From Methylococcaceae bacterium (lineage in GTDB: Bacteria > Pseudomonadota > Gammaproteobacteria > Methylococcales > Methylomonadaceae): a stretch of DNA of 64,000 nt. The stretch covers positions 8,942 through 72,941 of the forward strand of contig JABFSH010000067.1 in assembly GCA_013140705.1 (NCBI GenBank), given 5' to 3'. The notes below the pieces were generated by a model that saw only the letters and a program-made list of their open reading frames with translations, searched no databases and was not told where the DNA came from. Position numbers and translations under genes: made by a program. Shown piece by piece: positions 38,500 to 48,777 of this stretch (its first letter is position 1; each line of letters begins with the position of its first letter).

Positions 38500-39576
38500 G
38501 TGAAACTTCTCCCTCACGAACAGGATTTAAGCGAGTTCCTCCGCGAACAGGTTCAGACAGCGTTTGCAAACAAAACGCCGCTTGCTATTCAGGGAAGTGG
38601 CAGCAAGTCGTTCTATGGACATCCTGTGCGGGGCGAACCTTTGAGTGTCAGCCGCCATCGGGGGATCATTCGTTATGAACCGACTGAACTGGTCATTACC
38701 GCGCGCTGTGGCACCCGTCTTTCCGACCTTGAGGACATGTTGGCAGAGCACAATCAAATGCTGGCTTTTGAACCACCGTACTTTGGCGCTGACGCTACCC
38801 TGGGTGGTGCCGTTGCCACTGGGCTTTCCGGCCCCAGACGCCCTTATGCCGGTTCGGCAAGGGATGTTGTCCTGGGAGTAAGACTGTTGAACGGTCGTGG
38901 TGAGAGCCTCAAGTTTGGCGGTGAAGTGATAAAAAATGTAGCCGGTTTTGATGTTTCCCGGCTCATGGTCGGCGCGTTAGGCACCTTGGGTTTGTTATTG
39001 GATATTTCGATGAAAGTCCTACCCCGTCCAGACCATGAAAGTACTTTGCTATTTTCGATGTCGCGTGATGCGGCATTAACGCAAATGAATCGCTGGACAA
39101 ACCAGAATTGGCCCCTTTCAGCCGCTAGCTATGACGATGAAAATCTTAGAATACGCTTATCCGGGGCAGCGACCGCACTTGCCCGCGTACATCAGCAATT
39201 AGGCGGCGAGCTCCTGGCAAACACCGAAGCAGCGAATTTTTGGTCTGACCTGCGCGAACAGCGCTTAGCCTTTTTTCAAGGTGAAACACCCTTGTGGAGA
39301 CTATCAATGGCTCCAGCCGCGAAAACACCAAACGTCTCGGGTTCGTGGCTGATGGATTGGGGAGGTGCATTACGCTGGTTAAAGACCGAACAAGCATGCG
39401 ACAGCATTTTTCGCGAGGCAGAAGCTTTGAATGCGCATGCCTGTCTGTTTCGTTCAACGTTTGGAAGCGAGTTTCAACCGTTGCCCCCTGCGTTGGCAAT
39501 ACTACATCGCAACATTAAACTGGCATTCGATCCTGCTGGCATCTTCAACCCGGGCCGACTATACGCCGATTGGTAG
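38500..39576 (+). CDS. glcE: Glycolate oxidase FAD-binding subunit
   Basis: An FAD_binding_4-like protein. GTG 38500, immediately after the glcD stop, gives about 358 aa. The track start at 38440 would overlap glcD. Confidence 0.85.
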   Translation: MKLLPHEQDLSEFLREQVQTAFANKTPLAIQGSGSKSFYGHPVRGEPLSVSRHRGIIRYEPTELVITARCGTRLSDLEDMLAEHNQMLAFEPPYFGADATLGGAVATGLSGPRRPYAGSARDVVLGVRLLNGRGESLKFGGEVIKNVAGFDVSRLMVGALGTLGLLLDISMKVLPRPDHESTLLFSMSRDAALTQMNRWTNQNWPLSAASYDDENLRIRLSGAATALARVHQQLGGELLANTEAANFWSDLREQRLAFFQGETPLWRLSMAPAAKTPNVSGSWLMDWGGALRWLKTEQACDSIFREAEALNAHACLFRSTFGSEFQPLPPALAILHRNIKLAFDPAGIFNPGRLYADW

Positions 39577-39578
39577 CC

Positions 39579-40799
39579 ATGCAAACACGTCCCTTGGTTG
39601 CGTTACTGGATGAGGCTCGCAGGCGGGAAACAGAGGCCATTCTAAGGTCGTGCGTACACTGTGGCTTTTGTAATGCCACCTGCCCTACTTATCAGTTATT
39701 GGGCGACGAGCGCGATGGACCTCGTGGTCGTATCTATTTAATTAAACAGGTGCTGGAAGGAATACCCGCCACGCAAATAACCCAACGGCATCTGGATCGC
39801 TGTTTAACGTGCCGTGCCTGCGAAACCACGTGCCCCTCCGGTGTTGCCTACGGCCAATTGCTCGATACAGGCCGAGAAATTGTGGAACAGCAGGTGGGGC
39901 GCTCATTACTGGACTTTGCCAAACGTCAGTTATTGTGTGCCATCTTACCGTATCGGCATCGATTCGCCGTCTTTTATCGTTTTGCCCGATTTTTTGCACC
40001 AATTATGCCTCACCACCTCCGCAAAAAATTTGTGTGTACACACGCTACAAAGCCTGACAGACTGCGGCCGGCACATGCCCGTCGCGTACTCCTTCTGGAT
40101 GGCTGCGTGCAACCAACACTGGCTCCTGGCATCAATCATGCCGCGATACGCGTTTTGGACAAGCTGGATATCGGCGTTGTTTTGGCGCCGACTGCTGGTT
40201 GCTGCGGTGCTTTAAGCTATCACCTGTCCGCTCAACAGGACGGTCTGGATTTTATGCGCCGCAATATTGATGCCTGGCTCCCCTATATTGACCAGGACAT
40301 TCAATTCATTGTCACCACGGCAAGCGGCTGTGGCTTGATGGTCAAAGACTACGGAAAATTACTTAAGCATAATGCGGCCTATAAAGAAAAAGCCGAGCAG
40401 ATTTCTGCCGCTGCCAGGGATATTGTAGAAATCTTGACCGCTGAAGAGTTGACCGGTTTAAAACCCCAAACCTCCGCAAAACTCGCCTTTCAATCGCCCT
40501 GTACTTTACAACATGGCCAACAATTGAATGGTCGTGTTGAAACCTTGTTGAGCCGTCTTGGCTTTGAATTAATGTCCGTACCCGATCCACATTTATGTTG
40601 TGGATCGGCAGGTACTTATTCGCTGATGCAGCCCGAATTATCAGAACAATTACTGAAAAACAAGATACGAGCGCTGGAAACCGGTCAACCAGATATCATT
40701 GTAACTGCCAATATCGGTTGCCAGTCAAACCTTCAAAGCGCAACCACTACCCCCGTTCGACACTGGATTGAAGTGCTGTCGGACGCTGTGCCGGATTAA
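39579..40799 (+). CDS. glcF: Glycolate oxidase iron-sulfur subunit
   Basis: Two 4Fe-4S motifs (CVHCGFCNATCP, CLTCRACETTCP) and CCG domains. The ATG at 39579 lies just after the glcE stop. Confidence 0.9.
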   Translation: MQTRPLVALLDEARRRETEAILRSCVHCGFCNATCPTYQLLGDERDGPRGRIYLIKQVLEGIPATQITQRHLDRCLTCRACETTCPSGVAYGQLLDTGREIVEQQVGRSLLDFAKRQLLCAILPYRHRFAVFYRFARFFAPIMPHHLRKKFVCTHATKPDRLRPAHARRVLLLDGCVQPTLAPGINHAAIRVLDKLDIGVVLAPTAGCCGALSYHLSAQQDGLDFMRRNIDAWLPYIDQDIQFIVTTASGCGLMVKDYGKLLKHNAAYKEKAEQISAAARDIVEILTAEELTGLKPQTSAKLAFQSPCTLQHGQQLNGRVETLLSRLGFELMSVPDPHLCCGSAGTYSLMQPELSEQLLKNKIRALETGQPDIIVTANIGCQSNLQSATTTPVRHWIEVLSDAVPD

Positions 40800-40994
40800 A
40801 ATCAACCCTATCTTTAAACTGAAATCCGCAGTTGTTCGACGAAAGGCATGAAATACATCAGCATCTTGTTTTGCACGGCTTTTCATCCTTTTGCTGTCGA
40901 TCAACCGCACGAGACCTCTTTGCGTATTTTCGAGTTTTGTGTCACTTTCGTGGATCAAATGATTTTTCAAGGTTAAATTTTGGTCAACCAATTT

Positions 40995-43688
40995 TCAGAC
41001 TGCTGCTTTCGCTCCGTTTCTGGCACCCAATATTTTTAGAATGGCGTCACGAATGTCTTGCTGATGGTCAGGATCTGTAATCGGTTGCAATTGCTGATCG
41101 GTAACATAAAACATGTCTTCCGCACGACTGCCTATTGTTGTTATCTTGGCGCTGTGCAAATTTATTTTCTGTTGCAAAAAGGCGCGACCAATTTTCGATA
41201 GAAGACCGGCATGATCGGTGGTGACAAGTTCGATGATGGTATGCCGCCCTAATGGATCAACATGGAATTTGATTCTGGTCGGAATTGGAAAATGCTTTGC
41301 CTGTCGGGACTGCCGATGAATATTTTTTTCGCCTTTTACCTGCTGGTGTAACAGGTTGTTCCGCAAGGTTTTGCAGATATGAATTTCGCGGTACAATTCA
41401 TTGATTGGTTGACCTGATTGTTCAAGGACCTGAAAACTATTCAACACATAATTATCCGTTGTCGTCATGATTCGGGCATCGAGCACCGTCAATCCCAACT
41501 GATCGAGCGTAGCGGTACTCAACGAAAAAATGGGACCTTCATTCTTGGTATAAACAAAGACCTCTGCACTACCACGCTGGGTTTGTGGCCTTAGCAAGAC
41601 CAGTGGCAGTGACTCTTCTTTACAGGACGCTACGGCGATGGTGTGCCAGGCAATCTCGTCGGCCGAATACCTTAGAAAGTAATCGTCACTGGCATGTTGC
41701 AATGACGCGTCAATGACAGCCTCTGAAATGCCCAGTTTGATTAATTCGTCTTTGGCTTCCTTTTTATTCTCCAGTAACCTGTCCTTCAATGCCACAGGGT
41801 TTTGCAAGCCTCTACGCAAGGCGCTGTGTGTCGCCGTATAGAGTTCTTTCAACAAGGCATCCTTCCACGAATTCCAGAGTTCTGGACTGGTTGCTCGGAT
41901 ATCGGCAACAGTCAGTAAATAGAGATGACTCAGATATTCAACGCTACCCACTTTTTGAGCAAATTCATGAATAACTTCCGGATCGCTAATATCCTTACGT
42001 TGCGCGGTCATGGACATGATCAAATGATGGCGGACCAGCCAGGTAATCAGTTTGGTATCATGCGCTGAAAGGTCATGTTGACTGCAAAAGTTTCGCGCCA
42101 TTTCTTCGCCAATCGACGAATGGTCTCCGTTTTTGCCTTTGGCAATGTCATGGAACAAAGCGGCTAAGTACAAAATTTCCGGCTTTGCAATCAAAAGAAA
42201 AATATCATTGCAAAAAGGCAGTTCGTCGTTGTGCATATCGAGCGAAAAGCGGCGTAAATTTCGAATCACGAACAGCGTATGTTCATCCACGGTGTAGATG
42301 TGGAATAAATCATATTGCATGCGCGCAACGATATTAGCAAAACCGGGCAAATAGGCGGCCAAAATGCCATAGCGATTCATTCGTCTTAACTGGTGTGTAA
42401 GTCCTCTGGATTGACGAAAAATCTCTATAAAAAGGCGATTGACGATCTTGTTGGCACGAAAAGCGTCGTCAATCAAAGACAGGTTTTTTCTGATCAGACG
42501 AATCGTTGTCGCTCTTACCCCTTTGATTGCCGAGTTTTGCTGTAAAACCAGAAAAATTTCGAGCAGTGTTTCCGGCTGTTCGATAAATACCGACTCGCTA
42601 ATCACCTCAAGATAGCCATTGATGATGGTGAATTTATCATTCAACCGTGTCGGCGGACGGGTGATTTCTTCGGGTACGCAACGCTCTCTAAATAATTGTA
42701 AGAGCATCTCATTCAGACGCTCGAGACCGAGTACCGTTTTAAAATAAAACTGCATGAATTGCTCAACATCTTCGTTATAGCTTTGATTTTCCGCACCAAA
42801 GCCAAACTGTTGAGCCAAATCACGTTGATAATCAAATATCAGACGGTCTTCACAGCGATTGGTTAACAAGTGCAGTGCATAGCGAATTCGCCACAGCACA
42901 TCAAGTGCCGCAATTAATTCGACATATTCAGACTCGGGCAAAAAGCCGTATTTAACCAGCTCTTCGGGCAGGAAACCGTATTTGGCAAGTTCCTTAAGCG
43001 TTGACGTATCGTATTGACGCTTAAACACCCAGGCAATGACATGTAAATCCCGCAAACCGCCCGGACCTTCCTTGATGTTGGGTTCAAGGTTGTAAGCCGT
43101 ATCATGATACTTGTTGTAACGAAGTTGCTGCTCTTGCATCTTGGCGGCAAAAAATTGATCGGCCGGCCAAATTTTATCGGGTGTGACTTCAGCTTTTAGC
43201 GCCTCAAACAGAATGGTGGAGCCATTAATCAGACGTATTTCCATGAGACTGGTCATAATGGTCTGGTCAAGCAATGCAGCGTCGACACATTCCTTGATGG
43301 TTCGCACGCTAAGACTCGGCTTTAAACCGATATCCCATAAAAACGTATAAAAACCGGCCAAGGCCTCCTGCAATACGGGCGGTTCTTCAATATTCAGCAA
43401 TACGACAATATCAATATCGGAATAGGGGAATAATTCACGTCGCCCATAACCACCCACCGCACATAGCGCCAATTGTGAAGTAAATTTACCCAGAAAATGC
43501 TGACAGCAACAACTTAAGATCTGGTCGATAAAATCGGATTTTTCTTCGAGCAATTCGGCAACCGATTGATGTGGATCAAATTTATCGCGTAATTCCAAAT
43601 CTTCTTGTTTCAACAGTTGTTTAAATTGCTGCAGGCTGTCCTCTCCGGCAAAGAGCGAGGAGTTGATATTCGGGTATAAGTAAATCAT
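40995..43688 (-). CDS. glnD: Bifunctional [protein-PII] uridylyltransferase/uridylyl-removing enzyme
   Basis: An 897-aa protein with a nucleotidyltransferase motif (GGYGRRELFPYSDIDI), an HD domain and two C-terminal ACT domains. Its ATG overlaps the map stop (ATGA). Confidence 0.93.
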   Translation of the reverse strand: MIYLYPNINSSLFAGEDSLQQFKQLLKQEDLELRDKFDPHQSVAELLEEKSDFIDQILSCCCQHFLGKFTSQLALCAVGGYGRRELFPYSDIDIVVLLNIEEPPVLQEALAGFYTFLWDIGLKPSLSVRTIKECVDAALLDQTIMTSLMEIRLINGSTILFEALKAEVTPDKIWPADQFFAAKMQEQQLRYNKYHDTAYNLEPNIKEGPGGLRDLHVIAWVFKRQYDTSTLKELAKYGFLPEELVKYGFLPESEYVELIAALDVLWRIRYALHLLTNRCEDRLIFDYQRDLAQQFGFGAENQSYNEDVEQFMQFYFKTVLGLERLNEMLLQLFRERCVPEEITRPPTRLNDKFTIINGYLEVISESVFIEQPETLLEIFLVLQQNSAIKGVRATTIRLIRKNLSLIDDAFRANKIVNRLFIEIFRQSRGLTHQLRRMNRYGILAAYLPGFANIVARMQYDLFHIYTVDEHTLFVIRNLRRFSLDMHNDELPFCNDIFLLIAKPEILYLAALFHDIAKGKNGDHSSIGEEMARNFCSQHDLSAHDTKLITWLVRHHLIMSMTAQRKDISDPEVIHEFAQKVGSVEYLSHLYLLTVADIRATSPELWNSWKDALLKELYTATHSALRRGLQNPVALKDRLLENKKEAKDELIKLGISEAVIDASLQHASDDYFLRYSADEIAWHTIAVASCKEESLPLVLLRPQTQRGSAEVFVYTKNEGPIFSLSTATLDQLGLTVLDARIMTTTDNYVLNSFQVLEQSGQPINELYREIHICKTLRNNLLHQQVKGEKNIHRQSRQAKHFPIPTRIKFHVDPLGRHTIIELVTTDHAGLLSKIGRAFLQQKINLHSAKITTIGSRAEDMFYVTDQQLQPITDPDHQQDIRDAILKILGARNGAKAAV

Positions 43689-44449
43689 TTTTCTTCCTGC
43701 CGTAGTGTCAATATCTCATAGCCATCCTTAGTCACTAAAATGGTGTGCTCCCATTGTGCTGACAGGCTCCTGTCCTTTGTAACAGCGGTCCAGCCATCGG
43801 CCAATACCTTTACCTGACGTTTACCAAGATTCAACATGGGCTCTATGGTTAAAATCATGCCTGCATCAAGCACCAAGCCTTCACCCGCTTTACCGTAGTG
43901 CAGCACCTGAGGTTCTTCATGAAATTTTTTGCCGATCCCGTGTCCGCAAAACTCCCTAACAACCGAATACCGGTTTGTTTCTGCATGCTTTTGGATCGCA
44001 TGACCAATGTCGCCTAAGGTTGCGCCCGGCCTAACCTGTTCAATACCCAATATCATGGATTCTTGTGTGACTTTAACCAGGCGCTTGGCATGCTGATTGA
44101 CCTCCCCTACACAAAACATTTTGCTGGTATCGCCATGATAGTCATTTTTGATGACAGTGATATCGATATTGACAATATCACCGGATTTAAGTTTTTTTTC
44201 ATTGGGTATGCCATGACAAACCGTCTGATTCACCGAGGTGCAGATTGACTTTGGAAAGCCGTGATAATTGAGTGGCGCCGGGATTGCCTTTTGCACATCA
44301 ACGATGTAGTCGTGACAAATTTGATTCAGCTGCTCGGTCGTTACGCCAGGGACAACAAACGGCTCGATCATCTCTAATACTTCGGCCGCCAATTTGCCAG
44401 CGATACGCATTTTTTCAATTTCACTTTCGGTTTTTATAATGATGGACAT
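43685..44449 (-). CDS. map: Type I methionine aminopeptidase
   Basis: A 254-aa protein with a pita-bread fold and metal-ligand pattern (DIVNIDIT, HGIG, EPM). The map-glnD arrangement is conserved. Confidence 0.95.
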   Translation of the reverse strand: MSIIIKTESEIEKMRIAGKLAAEVLEMIEPFVVPGVTTEQLNQICHDYIVDVQKAIPAPLNYHGFPKSICTSVNQTVCHGIPNEKKLKSGDIVNIDITVIKNDYHGDTSKMFCVGEVNQHAKRLVKVTQESMILGIEQVRPGATLGDIGHAIQKHAETNRYSVVREFCGHGIGKKFHEEPQVLHYGKAGEGLVLDAGMILTIEPMLNLGKRQVKVLADGWTAVTKDRSLSAQWEHTILVTKDGYEILTLRQEEK

Positions 44450-44550
44450 AAAGCAGGTTCAAGGTTCAATGTTCGAGGCGCAAGGTTGAAACCTTCGGTT
44501 TTTAACCCTGCGCATCCATTTATGACGTGAGTTTAACAGAGATCGCCTGG

Positions 44551-44579
44551 TTGTAAAAAAAAAGCTTGTATGGTATAAA
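44551..44579 (+). promoter_or_regulatory. Sigma-70 promoter candidate for rpsB-tsf (TTGTAA, 17-nt spacer, TGgTATAAA extended -10)
   Basis: Read directly: ttgtaa at 44551-44556 and tataaa at 44574-44579, with TG at 44571-44572. This would leave a leader of about 155 nt before the rpsB ATG. Confidence 0.55.
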
Positions 44580-44740
44580 GGTAAGTTCATTTTTGTATAA
44601 ATACTCACGCTTATCGTCACGTCTGGTAGGGTGCTGGTTCAACCTGAATTTTAAATACACGTTGTCTCGGTTATCAGGCGGGGTAGGCCGAGGCGTAACC
44701 CACTCGGATTCGCATCCGACTTAAAATCCTAGGAGAACAC

Positions 44741-45481
44741 ATGTCAGCAGTATCCATGCGTCAAATGCTTGAAGCGGGTGTCCATTTTGGACATCAAACC
44801 CGTTATTGGAACCCGAAAATGGCAAATTATTTGTTTGGCTCCCGTAACAAAATTCACATCATCAATTTGGAAAAAACGCTTCCTTTATTTAATGACGCAA
44901 TGAATTATCTGGGCCAGATGACAGCAAACAAAGGCAATATTTTGTTTGTTGGCACTAAAAAATCAGCACGCAAAGTAGTGGCGGAAGAAGCACAACGCTG
45001 CGGCATGCCTTACGTCAACCACCGTTGGCTCGGCGGTATGATGACCAATTTTAAAACCATCAAAAAATCCATCAACCGCCTAAAGGAATTGGAAGCCATG
45101 AAGGCTGATGGTACACTTTATCAACGCTTCGGCAAAAAAGAAGCATTGGGCATGGAGCGGGAACTGGAAAAGCTGGAACGGAGTCTGGGCGGCATCAAGG
45201 ACATGAAAGGTATTCCTGATGTCATTTTCGTACTCGATGTAGGCTACGAAAAAAATGCCATTAGCGAAGCAAAAAAATTAGGTATTCCTGTGGTTGGAAT
45301 CGTCGATTCCAATAACTCTCCAGAAAGAATCGACTACATCATTCCTGGAAATGATGACTCCATTCGAGCCGTCAAGTTGTATTGTGAAAGCGCGTCACAA
45401 GCAATACTGGATGCAAAGACCGCCGGTTTTGGCCTGTCTGCCAAAACAGATGATTTTGTTGAAGAAGCCCCGGCAGAGTGA
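44741..45481 (+). CDS. rpsB: 30S ribosomal protein S2
   Basis: The N-terminus [19 protein letters not shown] is unmistakable. AGGAG RBS. Confidence 0.97.
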   Translation: MSAVSMRQMLEAGVHFGHQTRYWNPKMANYLFGSRNKIHIINLEKTLPLFNDAMNYLGQMTANKGNILFVGTKKSARKVVAEEAQRCGMPYVNHRWLGGMMTNFKTIKKSINRLKELEAMKADGTLYQRFGKKEALGMERELEKLERSLGGIKDMKGIPDVIFVLDVGYEKNAISEAKKLGIPVVGIVDSNNSPERIDYIIPGNDDSIRAVKLYCESASQAILDAKTAGFGLSAKTDDFVEEAPAE

Positions 45482-45544
45482 ATTCATGTGTCATGAATTA
45501 ACGCGTTAAAAGCGTTATCGATTATTCAGACATTTAAGTTTAAG

Positions 45545-45571
45545 AAACGCCTCCTTCATGGGGGCGTTTTT
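45545..45571 (+). terminator. Intrinsic terminator/attenuator hairpin between rpsB and tsf
   Basis: The sequence aaacgcc-t-cc ttcatg gg-ggcgttt is followed by a T-run. An rpsB-tsf intergenic attenuator is known in E. coli. Confidence 0.6.
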
Positions 45572-45602
45572 ATAGTTGCGATAAATTGAGGTAATAGTAA
45601 AA

Positions 45603-46484
45603 ATGAGTATAAGTGCAGCAATGGTAAAGGAACTTCGAGAAAGAACAAGTTCCGGTATGATGGAATGTAAAAAAGCGCTGGTGGAAGCAAATGGCGACAT
45701 GGAATTGGCCATTGAAAATATGCGCAAATCCGGTTTAGCAAAAGCAGATAAAAAATCAGGTCGAATTGCTGCTGAAGGTTTAATCGGCGTTAAAATCAGT
45801 TCGGATGGCAAGTCAGTTGCGATGATTGACATCAACTGCGAAACCGACTTCGTGGCTAAATCAGAAGATTTCGTTGGCTTTGTCAACAATGTAACGACTG
45901 CCTTGTTGAGTGCAACTGTTGCCAGCGATGAAGAATTACTGGCATTGACATTAGCAGACGGAGCCTCTGTGGATGAGGTTCGCCGTGGATTGATCGCAAA
46001 ATTAGGAGAAAATATAACCGTACGCCGTTTTGAAAAATACCGGACCGCTACCGGTGGAACGGCTTGTTATCTGCATGGCAGCAAAATCGGCGTTATTGTC
46101 GAACTGGCCAAGGAAAATGCAGAACTGGGGAAAGATATTGCGATGCATATCGCGGCTAGCAAACCCGCGTACGTTTCTGAAGACCAGGTGCCCTCTGAGC
46201 TTATTGACAAAGAAAAGGAAATTTTTCAGGCTCAATCCGCCGAAAGTGGCAAACCCGCAGAAATCATTGAAAAAATGATTGCTGGTCAAATAAGAAAATT
46301 TTTGGCGGAAGTCACGTTACTCGGCCAGCCATTCATTAAAGACGACAAAACGACAGTTGGTAAATTGGTTTCTTCAAAAGACAATACTGTGGTTCGCTTT
46401 ATTCGCTTTGAAGTCGGCGAAGGTATTGAGAAAAAAGAAGAAAATTTTGCCGAAGAAGTTATGGCTCAAGTTAGAGGCAGTTAA
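45603..46484 (+). CDS. tsf: Translation elongation factor Ts
   Basis: N-terminal UBA-like MVKELRERTSSGMMECKKAL; 293 aa. Confidence 0.97.
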   Translation: MSISAAMVKELRERTSSGMMECKKALVEANGDMELAIENMRKSGLAKADKKSGRIAAEGLIGVKISSDGKSVAMIDINCETDFVAKSEDFVGFVNNVTTALLSATVASDEELLALTLADGASVDEVRRGLIAKLGENITVRRFEKYRTATGGTACYLHGSKIGVIVELAKENAELGKDIAMHIAASKPAYVSEDQVPSELIDKEKEIFQAQSAESGKPAEIIEKMIAGQIRKFLAEVTLLGQPFIKDDKTTVGKLVSSKDNTVVRFIRFEVGEGIEKKEENFAEEVMAQVRGS

Positions 46485-46504
46485 ACCTGCATTAAAAAAA
46501 CCTG

Positions 46505-46539
46505 GGCCGTCCTGCAGTTTTCTGCCTGGCAGGTCGGCC
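46505..46539 (+). terminator. Possible tsf terminator hairpin (11-bp stem with one mismatch)
   Basis: The arms are ggccgtcctgc and gcaggtcggcc. An A-run lies upstream, but no proper U-tract follows. Confidence 0.35.
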
Positions 46540-46689
46540 TATTAACGTATCCAAGAACACAAGGACAAACTGCGTTCGTCCATGCGCTCTGTTGGACTCA
46601 TACTGCACCTAAACTGAAACGTATTGATCCGTAAACTATCGTACAAAGCAACACTTAACCCTAACCCATAAATCTCAAACGAAAAGACT

Positions 46690-47418
46690 ATGACAAAAAT
46701 GATTTGCCAGAGAATTTTGCTTAAATTAAGTGGTGAAGCGTTGATGAGTGAGGTCGGAGGCAGCATCGATGCCGATATTGTCAAACGCCTTGCAACTGAA
46801 ATCAAAGAGTTGTGTGATGTTGGCATTCAGGTTGGCTTGGTTATCGGTGGCGGTAACATTTTGCGGGGCGCTGAAAAAGCCGCTGACGGACTGGATCGGG
46901 TTACCAGCGATCAAATGGGCATGTTGGCTACTGTCATTAATGCGCTAGCGATGCAGGATGCACTGGAACACTTGGGACAGCAAGTACGCGTTATGTCCGC
47001 ATTAAAAATCAATCAAGTCTGCGAAGATTACATACGTCGCAGGGCTGTCAGACATTTGGAAAAGGGTCGAGTTGTTATTTTTGCAGCAGGTACCGGCAAT
47101 CCATTTTTCACTACCGATTCGGCGGCCAGTCTCAGAGCCATTGAAATCAATGCTGAACTGATGATCAAAGCCACGAAAGTAAAAGGTGTTTATTCGGCTG
47201 ATCCTGAAAAAGTGAAAGGTGCCATTTTTTATCCACACCTAACTTACGATGAAGCCCTGGATCAGCGACTTAATGTAATGGATACAACTGCGCTGGTACT
47301 TTGCAGAGATAATAACGTCCCGATGCGCGTAATGAACATCTTTGACAAAGGCGCTGTAATGAGACTGATGATGGGCGAAGAAATTGGCTCACTTATAGAA
47401 CGAGGTACAAATAAATGA
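46690..47418 (+). CDS. pyrH: UMP kinase
   Basis: Motifs [10 protein letters not shown] and GGGNILRG; 242 aa. Confidence 0.96.
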   Translation: MTKMICQRILLKLSGEALMSEVGGSIDADIVKRLATEIKELCDVGIQVGLVIGGGNILRGAEKAADGLDRVTSDQMGMLATVINALAMQDALEHLGQQVRVMSALKINQVCEDYIRRRAVRHLEKGRVVIFAAGTGNPFFTTDSAASLRAIEINAELMIKATKVKGVYSADPEKVKGAIFYPHLTYDEALDQRLNVMDTTALVLCRDNNVPMRVMNIFDKGAVMRLMMGEEIGSLIERGTNK

Positions 47419-47972
47419 TAAGCGATATTCAACAGGATGCCGCCACCCGAATGGGCAAAAGTATAGAAGCACTAAAGCACGAGTTTTCAAAAATAAGAAC
47501 CGGCAGAGCTCATCCCAGCCTGCTGGATCAGATCAGCGTCTCCTATTATGGCACAGACTCCGCCTTGTCCCAGGTGGCCAATATCGCCGTGGAAGATGCT
47601 CGTACCTTAACGATCACTCCATGGGAAAAAAACATGGTGCAAGCCATCGAAAAAGCGATTCTAAAATCCGACCTCGGCTTAAACCCGGCCACCAATGGCA
47701 TGGTTATTAGAATCCCGCTACCACCTCTGACCGAGCAACGTCGTCGCGATTTGGTTAAAATTGTCAGGCATGAGGCAGAGAACGGTCGCGTTGCAATAAG
47801 AAACATCCGTCGCGACGCCAATTCAGAAATCAAGGAAGCCTTGAAAGAAAAATTGATTTCTGAAGATGAAGCCCGCTCCGCCGAAGAAAAAATTCAGAAA
47901 TTAACGGACCAGTTTGTTAAGGATGTAGAGAAGCTCCTGGAAACGAAAGAGGCTGATCTTTTGTCAATTTAA
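47415..47972 (+). CDS. frr: Ribosome recycling factor
   Basis: A 185-aa typical RRF sequence ([18 protein letters not shown]). ATGA overlap with pyrH. Confidence 0.96.
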   Translation: MISDIQQDAATRMGKSIEALKHEFSKIRTGRAHPSLLDQISVSYYGTDSALSQVANIAVEDARTLTITPWEKNMVQAIEKAILKSDLGLNPATNGMVIRIPLPPLTEQRRRDLVKIVRHEAENGRVAIRNIRRDANSEIKEALKEKLISEDEARSAEEKIQKLTDQFVKDVEKLLETKEADLLSI

Positions 47973-47984
47973 ACGAGACGTGTC

Positions 47985-48761
47985 ATGTCCCTTGAAGACG
48001 CTAGTAGTCTGGAACCGGTAAATAACAACCCACAGCACATCGCCATTATCATGGACGGAAATGGTCGCTGGGCACAAAAAAGGTTTTTACCCCGTGCCAT
48101 GGGACATCAGGCCGGCGTTAAAGCGGTCAGAAAAATCGTTGAATTTTGCGCTCAGCAAGAAATTGAGGTTTTGACATTATTTGCATTTAGCAGTGAAAAC
48201 TGGCGTCGACCAGAAGAAGAAGTTTCGCTACTTATGAATTTATTCTTGGTCACTTTACAAAGAGAAATCGACAAACTCAACGAAAACAAAATTCGTTTGC
48301 AATTTATCGGTGATAGAACCGCATTTTCCGAAAAGTTGCAAAAAATAATGAGCGACGGCGAATTATTGACGAAAAACAATACGGCTTTAACGGTAGTAGT
48401 CGCCGTCAATTATGGTGGCCGCTGGGACATGTGCCAGGCGTTTCGTAAAGTGGCAGAAAAAATGGATGCGGGTCTATTAGCAAGTCAGGATATTACTGAA
48501 CATCTTATTAACCAGCACTTGTCAACAGTTGGCCTGCCCGAACCGGATCTGTTTATTAGAACAGGTGGCGAACAACGCGTCAGTAATTTTTTATTATGGC
48601 AATTAGCTTATACCGAAATGTATTTCACCTCCATTCTGTGGCCTGATTTCGACCAGCAAGCTCTGGCTGACGCGATCAAAAGCTTTAGAAGCCGCCAAAG
48701 GCGCTTTGGCCATACCGGAGAGCAGATACTCAACCAAACCATCCCTTTAGAACAATTATAA
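47985..48761 (+). CDS. uppS: Ditrans,polycis-undecaprenyl-diphosphate synthase
   Basis: Motifs HIAIIMDGNGRWA and RTGGEQRVSNFLLWQ. Confidence 0.95.
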   Translation: MSLEDASSLEPVNNNPQHIAIIMDGNGRWAQKRFLPRAMGHQAGVKAVRKIVEFCAQQEIEVLTLFAFSSENWRRPEEEVSLLMNLFLVTLQREIDKLNENKIRLQFIGDRTAFSEKLQKIMSDGELLTKNNTALTVVVAVNYGGRWDMCQAFRKVAEKMDAGLLASQDITEHLINQHLSTVGLPEPDLFIRTGGEQRVSNFLLWQLAYTEMYFTSILWPDFDQQALADAIKSFRSRQRRFGHTGEQILNQTIPLEQL

Positions 48762-48777
48762 GAATCGAACTTACACC

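Noticed and set aside
40725-41080. ORFs of 88 aa (minus) and 82 aa (plus) in the convergent glcF / glnD spacer
   Set aside because: Each overlaps the 3' end of a well-supported gene. They have non-ATG or weak starts and no motif. The 195-bp spacer also lacks a clean terminator hairpin, so I leave it unannotated.
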